In this document: positions 23,626 through 35,879 of the stretch, piece after piece
How positions within the stretch are numbered: the stretch's first letter is position 1
Layout: every line of letters begins with the position of its first letter
Source: Patellaria atrata CBS 101060
Taxonomy: Eukaryota
Assembly (NCBI GenBank): GCA_010093705.1
Contig: MU006090.1
Location: 62,001 to 126,000 of the forward strand
DNA: 64,000 nt
Direction of reading: 5' to 3'
The notes under the pieces: model-generated
Told to the model about the DNA's origin: nothing
Databases searched by the model: none
What the model saw: only the letters and a program-made list of their open reading frames with translations
Translations under genes and position numbers: made by a program

Positions 23626-26600
23626 ATGAGTTCTGCCCCTAGAGGCCGTGGTGCCGGTAGAGGTAGCGACCGAGTTCGGGGTGGTGACCGTGGAGGGGCT
23701 GACCGCGGCCGCGGTGGCTATCGAGGTGGTTTCGAGGATAGAGGTCGCGGTGGAGGCGAGTTTAGAGGCCGTGGAGGTCATGGTGGTGGTGACTTCCATG
23801 GTCGGGGTGGTGATAGGGGACGTGGTGGCGGTGGCCGTGGAGGTGCTGCTGTCGGAAGTATATTCATGTGAGTTGAATATTCTCTCGTATCTGATCTTCT
23901 TTGACAATCTTGCCAGGGAGAATACTCCTCCACCAGCTCCTGATAAGGTTGTCACCGAGCAGGAAAACAAATCGATCCAGGAGTCAAAACAACTCTTGGC
24001 TGGTCTTTCACTGGACAATCGGCTCCCATTACGACCGGCGTATGCAACTCAGGGAACCCCCATTATCCTCCGCACGAATTATTTTAACCTTAAACTTGCG
24101 AGCGGTAAAGACCCTGTATTCTACAGATACGTCGTAGACATCACGCCCGTTCTAGATCATAGGCGAAAGAAGCGGAGACTCTTGCAAATGCTCCTCCAGC
24201 AACCACCGTTCAACGCCAACGCTTGCGCTACCGATTATGCGAGTATTATTATCACTGCACAGAAAATTGATCTCAAGGACAACAATAGGTTTGAAATAGT
24301 CCTCCACGAAGCTGGAGAAAACGCGTTTCCGCCACCAACTGCTGGCGAACCTCAGGAGCGTATTGACGCCAGGCGTCGACGAACACACACTTTGAAAGTG
24401 GAATTCCAGACCTCGTTCACTACTTCCGGGCTGTTCAACTACGTCAAATCTTCCGCACCTGGCACGCCCTTCGATAAGAAAGCTGAAGTTGTTCAAGCCA
24501 TGAATATCGTTCTATGCAGAGCTCCCAATACCATGCAACATATTACGCCAACCTTGGAGAATGTTTTCTACCCTTCCGGGCTTCACCAGGGAGTCCAAGC
24601 TCATGACCTCGGTAAAGGGCTTCAAGCTTTGAGGGGATACTACTCCTCTGTTCGCCTAGCGACAGGTCGTGTCTTAATAAATGTCAATGTGTCTCACGCG
24701 GCATTCTTTAACTCGGGGCCTCTCCTTAGTCTCTTCGAGTCATTCCTCTCTGGCGTAGAAAAGACTGGACAAAATCTACGAGACCTCCAAACTTTCATCA
24801 AAGGTCTCCGCGTTCGGACTGGGTACACAAAGGAGAAGGGTGCCGATGGGAAGGAAGTGACGGTTACCAAAATCAAAAGCGTGCAGGGGTTTTCAAAGGA
24901 TCCAGTACTCGGAGCGGGCAGTGACCGAGTTAGATTTACGTGGACGGACGAGAAAACCGGCGCACAAAAGACGGGAACGGTCGAGCAGTTTTTCCGTGAG
25001 AAATGGGGAGTTAAGCTACAGCAACCTCGGGCACCGGTGGTCAATTGCGGTGGTCCCAATAACGCTCAATGGATCCCCTCTGAGCTATGTTTTGTTCTTG
25101 CAGGACAACAAGCTCGACAGAAACTTAGCCCAGAGCAGACGAGTGAGATGATTCGATTCTCTGCGAGACCCCCCAGCGCGAATGCCGCCAGTATCACCGG
25201 TGACGGACTCAAAATGATGAGGATTCTCAGTCCTGAGGCTCAAATGTCGACACACGGGCCGTTCGGGCTAAACATTTCAGCAGAGATGATTACTGTCCAT
25301 GGTCGAGTCTTGACGGCTCCGAAGTTATCGTATAAAGCGACAGTAAATCCAAGACCGGGCTCATGGAACCTTCAGGGTCAGACGTTCTCCAGACCTGGGA
25401 CTATATCGTCCTGGACAATGCTGGTGATCAAGGAAGGGCAAAATGACCGGCCGTTAAGAACCGAAGACCCAGGTACCATTTTGACGACATTTAAGAAAGC
25501 GCTACAAAAATATGGACTGACTGTCGGCACCCCAGGTGCAGTCGAAACGGTTGCTGTCCAATTTCTCTCATCAAAGTTGCATCGACCCGGGATTAATCAA
25601 GAGCTTGATGTCAAACTGGGACAATTGGACAAGAAGGGATATAAATTCCTTTTGGTAATCCTGCCTAAGAAAGATACATATTTATACGACCGTGTGAAAT
25701 TCTACGGAGACGTGAAATATGGCATCCATACGGTTTGCTCGTGGGGTGCCAACATCATCAAAGAGAAGGGCCAGGATATGTACTTGGCCAATCTCGCTCT
25801 CAAATGGAACCTAAAGAGCGGCGGTGTGAATCACTTCATCGACGCGAACGACCTCAAGCCGATAGATGGCTCCACAATGCTTGTCGGTATAGACGTCACT
25901 CATCCTTCACCCGGTAGCGTAAAGAAAGCTCCCAGTATAGCAGGTATCGTAACCAATATCAACGCGCAGCTTGCTCAATGGCCGGCTTCCATCCGTATCC
26001 AGGAATCCAGAGCCGAAATGGTGCAAGGTCTCGAAGAAATGTTCATCGAGCGTCTCCGCAACTGGCAGAGAAAAAACTCTAACGCCCTGCCTAACAAGGT
26101 AATAGTCTACCGCGACGGCGTCTCCGAAGGTCAGTATAACCTCGTCCTAACCCACGAGTACACCGCTCTTGTTAGTGCCTTTAAAATAGTCTATGGGCAA
26201 GAGAACAAACATCCAAAAGTCTCCATCATCGTCGTCGGCAAGCGTCACCATACGCGTTTCTACCCCACTAGACCCCAAGATTCGGAGGGTAAGTCCATGA
26301 ACCCCAAGCCCGGCACAGTTGTCGACCGTGGAATCACCGGTTATGCAGACAAGAGCTGGGATTTCTTCCTCCAAGCCCATGCCGGGTTGCAGGGAACCGC
26401 ACGTCCAGCACATTACGTTGTCATCAAAGACGAGAACAAACTCGGTGCGGACATGCTCGAGCAGCTGACCCATAAGCTGTGCTATCTCTTCGGCAGGGCA
26501 ACTAAGGCGGTGTCGATCTGTCCACCCGCATACTATGCGGATCTACTCTGTGAAAGGGGCCGTGCATACCTTCATAATGCCATGACGGATGGCGGAGATT

Positions 26601-26683
26601 CGGAGGCGAGCTTCGATCCAAACGCTGCAGAGTGGACGAGGGGCGTTCATCCTAATCTTGAGGACTCTATGTTCTACATCTAA
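23626..26683 (+). CDS. qde-2: Argonaute (QDE-2-like), about 1002 aa, RGG-rich N-terminus
   Basis: The RGG exon 23626-23867 is joined via a 49-nt intron (23868-23916). Motifs RGYYSSVR (DUF1785), PAZ (TVEQFF..IPSELC), MID (NLALKWNLKSGGVNH) and PIWI (GIDVTHP, YRDGVSEGQ, GKRHHTRFYP, GTARPAHY, PPAYYADLLCER). Confidence 0.96.
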
Positions 26684-28204
26684 CCGATAGTCCGGTTTTG
26701 CGTTTGGTGATGATGAGGTTCATCAAACCGACGAAGTGATGAACGATAGTAGGATATTGGGATGATAATAATGCTCGTCAGATCTTTCTTATGGTCGGTA
26801 GCATCGTCATCTCAGTTTGCGGAGATGAGACAGTCATTTCCCCTGAGTTCTTGATTTCTTATGTCTCACACGAATCCAACTATAGCACATTCCTTCCCCA
26901 TTGCCCAAACCACTCCAACAGAAATTCCCTTTTCCTTTGTCTTGAGAATTACACTCTCATTATATTTCCCGGCTATCTATGTATTTGGTCTTCTGTTATT
27001 AGGGCAACCAATCCAGGATATCAGCGGGATGCAATTAGGTAGAAAACAAAATGAAAACGCAGCTTGCTGTATAAGTATGCAGCTCAAAAGTGTTTTCCGC
27101 CGCTGGTTCGTTCATGGTGCTCTATAAGAGTTTCCAATCACTAATGTGATATTTTCACAGACAGTGAAGTCTCGCTGCTTTCTGTCTGTGGAGATGGGCC
27201 ACAAGACACGGTGATTCACATCTTTGGTTCGTGAGCGTCGGAGGTCATGGATCCGTTCACTCTTGGTTCAGCACATATATTTAATTTTCGCTTTTCGAAA
27301 ACGACTTGCGGATTGGGGACGGGAGGGAAGAAAGTGAACTCGCCTCCTCTCCCCTATGCAAAGCCTTTTGGACGAATATTCGTCGCGGATAGTACCGAGG
27401 TTTGGATCACTTTTGTGAATGAAAGTCTGTAGTCCGAAATTCTCTCCTGTCTTGGGCATTCAAACGGCACAACATATAGTCGTTATGTACTGTATAGGAA
27501 TATATACAGAGCGATATCTCAAATTCCACACTTCCAAATTTCAATCGACCTAGATCTGCATCCACAAGCTTATCGTACAAAGGTTCCTCTTCCTTCGATT
27601 TTCATCTCCAATGCTCCACCGCACCGTTTGACCAAATAGAAAACACCGAGCTTCACTACATTTCCAAACCAATAAGATAGGTAAGGATGTCCTTAAGGTC
27701 CGCACATATTTCGGGATCAGACCACCCCAGAAGAAAATGACGCCGGATGCGCCTGGGAATCAATAAAGGAAATCGCACTCAGGGTATGAGAACAAAAAAA
27801 GAAAAACAGGAGAAGATCAGACCTAACGGGAAAAAAAAAAAGAGGGGAGGGGGAGAGGTGGGGGGAGGAGAGGGGTGGGCCGGCAAAAAGCTGTCTATAA
27901 ATGAAGACAGGAAAGAAGGCCGAGGAGGAGGTATACACAAGGAAAGGTAGAGAAGGAAGATCCTGGATATGGCGATCCGGACTGAGTACGAGACCAACAT
28001 CTACAAGGCGACATTGTTAATATCGTAGTTACGTATTTTAGTCGTCGAAAGTGGAGGTAGATCTTCGATTATATGTATTATTCCGTTCTATTATAGTGAT
28101 CCGAGGACGGGAGTAGCTCGTGCGGGATGGATGAATGTGCTACGGGTCACACATACTCTCGTGGAGGATACCTTTAGATACGGTGTATGAAGACATTCCG
28201 ATTC

Positions 28205-30169
28205 TCAATGCTGGCCAAACCAATCTCTGGGATCGATATCTCCTGCGTCGTCGGGATAGACAAAGAAGGCGAGGGCGATAATGATATACCTAAAGAGTAA
28301 GTTAGTACCGTACTCCATAAGGTAGTCAGGTCTGTGCCGTATAAGGTAGAAGCTCCGAAAAGTTTTGGCCCCCCAAACCCACGAAAACAGCCCCAAAGCG
28401 CCACGGTGGCGACAACGAAGCCAGAAAAGCTTAAGAGAACATCAAAGCAAAAAAAAAAGAAAAAAAAATAGAAAAAAAATAGAAAAAAAAAACACAAAAA
28501 AAAATTAATAAAATGACATAAGGTATGGATTTATCGATTAAGCGGGAGGGAGGGATCGACTTACGTTCCAATACACATTGCCCCTTCGAGGTAATTGCTC
28601 TTCCCGTCTTGAATCAGGTAATTTACGACCAGCACGCTCAGGAAGAATACGACCGTTTCGAATATCTGGAAGTGGAGAGTCATAGGTTGTCCGATAATCC
28701 AGCCGAGGATAACCAAGAAGGGAGTAACAAATAGCGCAATCTGTAGGGAAGAACCTATGGCGACATTGATGGCGAGGTCCATCTTGTTCTTGTATGCGAC
28801 GATGATAGCTGTGACGTGCTCTGCCGCGTTTCCAACTATAGGAAGTAATATCAAGCCGATGAACGTCTTCGAGACGTGCGCGCTTTCCACTATCGCATCG
28901 ATACTGTCCACTAGGAATTCCGCGCAAATGGCAACTGCAATGGTAATGAGCACCAAAGCTACACCGGCGGCGATGGGTGAGAGAATCTGCGCCTCTTCCA
29001 CCTCTGCTTCCGCCTGCTGTTCCGCATCGAATAGGTGGGCATGTGATTTCAGCTGGAAATAAAGATACATGATGTATATGATCAAAAGGATGATGGAAGT
29101 GCCATGAGATAGGAGGAGGATTTGTTCTTCCGTATGCCCGGCAGGTGAGGAGCGGAGAGCGGCGTACAGAGTAGCAGGAATAATAAGGGATGCTGAGGCA
29201 ACTGCCATCAGCGAAGACATGGTTGACGCAACCGTTGAGTTGAATGACTGCTCATCCAGCCTCACACCGCCAGCCAGGAAGCAGGAACCGAGCACCTAAC
29301 AAAAATCACCCATCAATTGGTGAATGTGCATAGCTGGGTAGAATGCTACTTACGAGGAGTATATTGGACAGAATGCTACCCAACATGCTGGCTTGCACGA
29401 TACGGATCTCCCCGTTCTTCAATGCGACGATGCTGACGATTAATTCCACGGCATTCCCAAACGTCGCATTCATCAAGCCACCCATAGTTTGGCCTAGTTT
29501 TACCGATATCTCTTCCGTCGCAAAACTGAGCATTGAAGCGAGGGGAACGATGGCGAAGAAATTGAGGACGAAGATGACGGTCGGATTCCAATGCCTGGCA
29601 CCGGCTATTATACCCAACGGCACGAATACCAACAGCACATTTACATAGTCCCTCTTGAAGACCTGCCAGGTTATGTGTAAGAAGTACGTAGGCCACCGTA
29701 CGTAGCGTCGATCATCCTCCCAGACGTGCCTGCCGTCACTGCGCGCAAAGGAGGGTAATAATGAAGTGCGCTCATGCGCCGAGCCATTCTCATGTGAAGT
29801 CGTCATGGTTGGTCGCTGATTCGATTCTCTAGAAAAGGATGCCGCTCTTCCTTCTCTATTGAATATCGGACGTAACGAACCAACTACATCCCAAACGCGG
29901 TTGCGGTTAGTATTTTCTGAAGCCTTGAGGTCGTGAATTTTCGTAGATGGACACAATGAACCGCCTTCAACAAGGCTTACGACTGCACAGAACAAGGTAA
30001 TGGGTAGTACGGATGGAATATGGAGACGGGAACAAAGAGCGAGATGAGTTAGGAGTGACTGGAAAGCAGCAGCCTGTTGGTAGACAAAGCAGACTGACTG
30101 TACAAATAGGATGATGTATCTATATAGAGTCACAGAGACTGGAATTGGTAAGACTCACCCATGTTGCAT
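28205..30169 (-). CDS. VCX1: Vacuolar Ca2+/H+ exchanger (CAX family)
   Basis: [48 protein letters not shown] and DGKSNYLEG. Introns 29296-29353 and 28290-28564. Start is either 29806 (MTTSH) or 30169 via a microexon (see findings). Confidence 0.93.
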
Positions 30170-30748
30170 TGGTCCGAAGAAAGAATGACAGTAAGGAAGA
30201 AAGGCGGAGGGGAGTACGTGGACGGGGAGCAGTACGGTAAGTATGAGTTTTGGCCTGAGCGCGAAAGGGTGTGATTGCGTTCGACGATGCACGAAGCCAC
30301 GAAAGATGTGGCCGCCCCAGGTTCGTAAGTTAATAGTTTCGCTGACTGGCTAGACGTTGGATGCCCTAAGCTGTTACAGTCAAAAAGCGCATTTCTATCA
30401 ATCACTTCAAGTCAGAACCTGAACTTGGAAGGGTAATTCGATGATGACGGTAACAAACAGATGGAACCTGACAGCTTGTAAATATTACAGAATAAGCTAC
30501 GCCTAAATGGCAACTAGTGTAGAACAACACAGCCCAAATGCCAAGCTTACCTTACCTACTAGTTCTCTCCATCGCCTTGACAGTATTGTCATTTCGGTTG
30601 GTCGTTCCCGCCTCATTCATTCATGCAAGCAAATGCTGGCAGTTTTGAGAGGAGAAGGAACGATCCTTGAGGTGTGCCCGCTCACATTCCGAATTTCAAA
30701 ACCTCAGTCGAAACCGCGAACTGAATTGCAAATTGAGAGCGCTGTATA

Positions 30749-30890
30749 TTCTTTTTTTTTTTCCTTTTTTTTTCTTTTTCTTTTTATTTTTTCTTTTTCT
30801 TTTTAATTTTTATTTTCCACTTTTTATTTTTTACCTTTTCGTTTTTAGTTTTTATTTTTATTTTTAATTTTTAATTTTTAATTTTCTTGT
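30749..30890. repeat. T-rich low-complexity tract
   Basis: About 140 bp of poly-T runs interrupted by single A/C bases. Confidence 0.9.
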
Positions 30891-31440
30891 TAGAAAGAAC
30901 TCTCTTTCACGTACAGTATCTACTACTATTACTCCAGTAACTAACTCTATGACGGGATATAGTGCCCGTCCAAGGTAACCTTACTGATTTTCGTCCTGGA
31001 GCACAAGACTACGACTACCTACAGGCACCTTACTGCAAGTTCCAAAGCACACAAGAATAATGGAAAGCAGATCAGATGAGAAGAATACTGTACCATATTA
31101 TTTTTACTGCGCCACGATACATCACATTGTCGTGGAACATTTCCAATACCTCATCACTTCGTCGCTGAGTGGCCGAGTTGCTGACGACCGCAGACAGACG
31201 CCGACCGCGAAGTCGGACAGAAAGCCAAAACAGAAAGAATTCAATGCTGGTCCGTTTCCTTAACGCCAAGCTATACCCCAAGATCGTAGAACTTCCCAAT
31301 ATTAATCTCCAAAACCCCTTGATCCCCAGAAAGAAAAATTTGGGATCCAACGAGAATCATTGAACGCCAGGTGCATGATGCAACAATACTCCGGACCACT
31401 TTTCCCGCTTCCTGACCTGGAACTGATGACCGTGCGTGCC

Positions 31441-33351
31441 TCAGGCGTGACCTTCCCCAATATATGCTCGTTCGCCGCCTTGAGACTTCTTTGGGTGGTA
31501 TAATCTTTCCATCACCCTATCTTTCTGTATTTCTCGCACGTCTCGAAGGTGCTGATAGGTGCCGCGAAGTCCATCAATCTGCTCTTCCATCGACAGTGTG
31601 CTGGACTCGTTGCTCCTGACAAGTGGGCTGACAAGCTTCTTGCGCAGCATCTCCAGATTGCTTTTGAGATGCACAAGTCTTCCATTGTGCTCCACGAGAA
31701 GATGTTTGTTCTTGAGCGTCTTGTCTTTCACTGAGGCAAGTAGTTGTTTGTTGCGCTCAAACTTCCGAAGTTCCGACGCGTTTGGACCGATGAGCTTGGT
31801 CCACAAGGAGGTCAGCATGTCGCCTTCGGCCCGTTCCTGCTCATCCCACTCCCGCAAAACGGCTCGTTGCAGGTTGAGGAACTGCTGGTCAATCGTTTCG
31901 AATAATGCAAACAACATCGCGGCTTGTGTCAATTCGTTGTTGATACTCTCCTCCAACGTTTGGAGAATATCGTTGAATGCTTTCTGGAGTGCGCGTTGCG
32001 TCATTTGTTGTCGCGTCTGTCCAAAAAGCTCCTTAACAACTTTGCCAACCGTGGTGAGGCTTCCATCTTCGTACTCCAGCAAACCAAATGTGGTCATGAT
32101 CGTATGTATATTTGCGAAGACCACCGTTACAGCGCCAGTTGGCATAGATCCGACCCGTGCGAGGTTCCGCTCGGCAAACTCCATTGCCATTAATATACTA
32201 TACATTTCCATTAGAAACTATCCTCTTGTCATGTGAAATGCTCTTACCTGTCAACATCCCCATTTACGTTGATGAAGAAAGATGTTAGGGTATTACCAAG
32301 CTTCTTCAGGCTGTCACTTAAATCATCCAAGGCCTTTACGATGATCGGAGCGGACGTCATGTTCGTTGAACGCACTGTCTCACCTAGATCCCATACTGCT
32401 ACTCCGGTCTCTTGCAAGTCGCCTATTTGGTCGATTCCATTCTCCGAGTAGTGAATGAGTGGCTCGAATGTCTTCGCTAGCCTGGCCACTTTGATGAGAT
32501 CGGGTACTGCTTCAGCCTGGGGCGGTTGAAACAGCACTCGAAAGATGACGAGTGAACACAACGCTACTAGGATGGAAACAAATGTGCGCATTCGAGAACT
32601 CGTGATGGACTTGTATGTGTCTCTGAAGTAGTCAATTACGCTTTCGATTGTGTCTGTTCGTTGTTGTACTTCTGCGCGCACAGCGAAACGTATATCTGGA
32701 TAATGAGTCAGCAATTGTTTCCCATGTATGGCCTCGTGTCTCCAAGATGATTAGAATTTAGTCCTCTAACTCATCAAACGACACCAGGGAAGGAGGCAGC
32801 TAAATCAATACACAACGATATCCATCTTGATAACGCAGCGATGGAGAATACGTACAATTGTTTGAGGATTCCACGGGCGCTGGCGTCGCTTCTTTCTCCT
32901 GCTCAGGAGCAGGTTGTTCTAAAGGTGTTTCTTCGCGATCAATTTCTCTCTCCGGGCTATTGCGCGGTGATTGTTTCAGCGGAGATGCCGGTAGTGGAAC
33001 CATAGCGGGTAACGTGGTGTCCTCTTCCTGCGCACTCTCGTACCTCGGACTTGACTCCCGTGACTTTACGGGACTACTTTGTCTGCTTTGTTCGAAGGGT
33101 TGAAGGTGATGTTTCGGATACCAGCCACTGCCGGACTTACGCCATGCTGGGGGAGACCACGGGCCGGGTGACATGTCAGACTCGACCTCTGATTCCTCAG
33201 ATTTGAATCCCGAGTGGGTTGAGGGTATGCCGAAAAATGGCGACTGTTCGCGATCACTTTCGATGTCGCCTATCGAAGAGGCTGCTAGGGAGGGATGGTC
33301 GTCGAACATGATATCGATATCGTCCATTCGACTTGCGGTAACGCTTGACAT
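31441..33351 (-). CDS. Conserved fungal protein of unknown function, 3 exons, one TM helix plus coiled coil
   Basis: Three ORFs joined by canonical introns (about 32697-32855 and about 32200-32247). Motifs PWSPPAWR, NNYIRFAVRAEVQQRT and PDLIKVARLAKTFEPLIHYSE, followed by a helical C-terminus. Confidence 0.85.
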
Positions 33352-33974
33352 GAGCGCAGAGGTGGCGAAGTCGTCGCGCAGAGGGTTTGATAGGTGGTGA
33401 GAAGAATCCGGGGAAGAAGATGCCTACAAGAGGTACGTCCGTATAAATAGGTCTAAAAGAGGAATGATTGTGATATATCACGTTGTAACCGCTCAGCAGG
33501 TAAGGTACAAAGAAGCGCGCGTCGAAGAGCTCTCGGGTAACTGGTTGTATATAGTATTGATATGAGGCTGTGAAGTATAAAAGACATGAGATCCTGCTGC
33601 CTGCCTTTGTTGAGTGTATCCAGAATGAGTGAATGTAAGTAACGAAGTGCCGGTAGTAGAAGAAGACGAAATGCGCACGCTGCCAACAAATCCCAACCAC
33701 CTGCTCTACTAGATGTAGTGTCGTGGTGTTTCATGAAACAAGCTGAGCAGCTTCTTCGTTCCCTCCCAGCCTCCTGGTTGTCCGCGGGGTCGATGATTAG
33801 GAACAAAGCACAACCAATCGTCCCATCGGTCCGTTCGCCAAGCGCTCATCGCGAAAATGTGCCTGTATTTCCTGTAACAAGTACACACGAACAGTTCGAA
33901 GCAAACACCAAAAAGAGTTATTCTTTGGAAATCATCCAACATTAACGGTTTTACGATACTAACTTCGCTCAACG

Positions 33975-35213
33975 ATGCCTCCAAGGCTCAATCTCTTCGC
34001 TGCGCCAAAACTCTTAGCATACAGACCTCGATCTGGCTTCCAATTGCGTGTAGTACAGCAGACTCAGCAATCGATACGTCGGGGGTTCGCTGACTCCAAA
34101 AGCCCTTCAAAACCGGAAGACAAGAATGCAGAAAATGCAGAATCACTCCCTCATGTCAGTGAAGAAGCGGCGAAGATGTCAGAGATCACCGGAAAAGTAG
34201 GACCAGACCTCAAACAGGGTTCACCGGTAGAGGAGGTGAGTTGCCAGTAAAAGCATGCAGCATATCATCAAGAACTCGGTTTAGTTAACTTTGAGATGCA
34301 CAGATCGTTCAAGGCGATAAGGAAGCACAGGAAAAACTCCCAAAAGTACTACAAGATGAGATTAAATCCTCCAACAACCCCAAAGGTACCCGGTCATACT
34401 CAACATCTGCCGCCCGCCGGCAGGACGACCTCACCACATATACGCCTAACAACACCGACATCGTTTCGCAAACAGGAGGTCTGATACTAGGACAAGAAAC
34501 AACTCTTCAACCGGCACAATCAGATGCGATCACAACACCTGCCACTGTAGGCCACAAGTTCCCTCTCCCAGAGCTACCCATTCCCAAGAATATGCACAAA
34601 GACTATCGGTACGACCCTGTGATTGAACAGGTACTAGGTCTCATAATCCTACACGGTAAACGAGCTCAAGCACAACGGGTAAAGAGCTCTCTCTTCTTTT
34701 GTTATCCCTTCCATTCTTTATCATAACCCATAACACCAGATGAGAGCTCCGGCTAACATGCAATCCCAGCACATGGCTCTCATTCTCAACCACCTCCGCA
34801 CTTCCCCTCCACCCACCATAAATCCCGCAAAGCCACTTGTCCCCGGCGCTCCACCTCCCTCTCACCTTCCCCTAAACCCAGTTCTCTACCTCACTCTCGC
34901 CATAGACTCCGTTGCGCCTCTCCTGCGCATTCGGAACCAGAAAGGTGCAGCTGGCGGTGGTGTCGCGCTCCAGATCCCCGTCCCCTTACACATGCGTCAA
35001 CGACGACGAACGGCCGTCCGCTGGATCCTAGACGCGGCAGCAAAGCGGAAGAACAGAGGAAGCGGAAAGAGCATGTTTGCGCAGCGGGTGGCGGAGGAAC
35101 TGATTGCTGTTGTGGAGGGCAGGAGTGCGGTTTGGGAGCGACGTCAGGCGGTACATAAGCTAGGTATCAGCTCCAGATCGAATTTGAACAAGAAAGGATT
35201 GAGGAGGAGATGA
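33975..35213 (+). CDS. RSM7: Mitochondrial small subunit ribosomal protein uS7m
   Basis: Introns 34236-34303 and 34679-34769. C-terminal S7 domain AIDSVAPL..QIPVPL..RQRRRTAVRWIL..AEELIAVVEG..RQAVHKL..RSN. Confidence 0.93.
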
Positions 35214-35879
35214 GATGAGGGTGAGAATGAGGAGGTGGAGTGGAGGATGTTCAATATGGCATACTTTTTCTGTATATATAGGTGTATTGGATTGGTAAAT
35301 ATAATATACCGTCATATATGCTAATACTTTAGTCTGTGGATGGATGGTTAATACAATGTATGCTTCCTTTGTAGGCGTGCTGTAGAGAAAGCCCCAAATC
35401 TTTCACGACGCCCTTGTTTTCGAAATCAAATTCGAACGAAGTACCTTTCTAATCCGTCATACTCCAGGACCAAACTCTCGGGAACACATGCTTACTTACA
35501 ACTGATCCAGAGGAAGGCACACGGTATCTCAAGGTGACCCGATACATCCTGAAGGTATCAAAAGCGAATCCTAATGATCTCAAATAATTCACATTATATC
35601 TTTAACAAGGGTAGGTACCATACCATATCACAAACACAAGAAGCTTACAAGAACATAGTAGAAAGTAACCCACCAATTCCGTGCGAAACTATCAGTATTA
35701 TCGCTTATACCAATAAATGGTGTCCACCACAACCATTGGGTCAAGTTCTTGAACGCTGATATACGATGCTACACTGGTCGTTTCCTCCTAGTTCTTTAAA
35801 TCGCACTCTTATCTTCTTAGCTAGCATCAAGCAGCAAAGGTAGGATAAATTACCTTCTCTTTTGTCTTACTCTAAAACT

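Noticed and set aside
23648..23916. Val-rich N-terminus of the 1011-aa ORF as a transmembrane segment
   Set aside because: It is the alternative frame of the RGG exon plus intron; the real start is 23626.
8646..26683. HET + GH81 + Argonaute as a defence gene cluster
   Set aside because: The genes are separated by unrelated housekeeping genes (COQ3, MRPL27, UTP14), with no sequence evidence of co-regulation.
26700..26850. Box C/D snoRNA-like motifs (two GTGATGA, a CCGA) just after the Argonaute stop codon
   Set aside because: No properly spaced CTGA box D and no recognisable rRNA guide; it lies in the immediate 3'UTR.
30225..30250. ATACTTACC (minus strand), resembling the U1 snRNA 5' end
   Set aside because: No U1 stem-loops or Sm site follow.
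32697..32855. TGATGA...CTGA pair in an intron of about 160 nt
   Set aside because: The CTGA is the intron branch site itself, and no rRNA complementarity was recognised.
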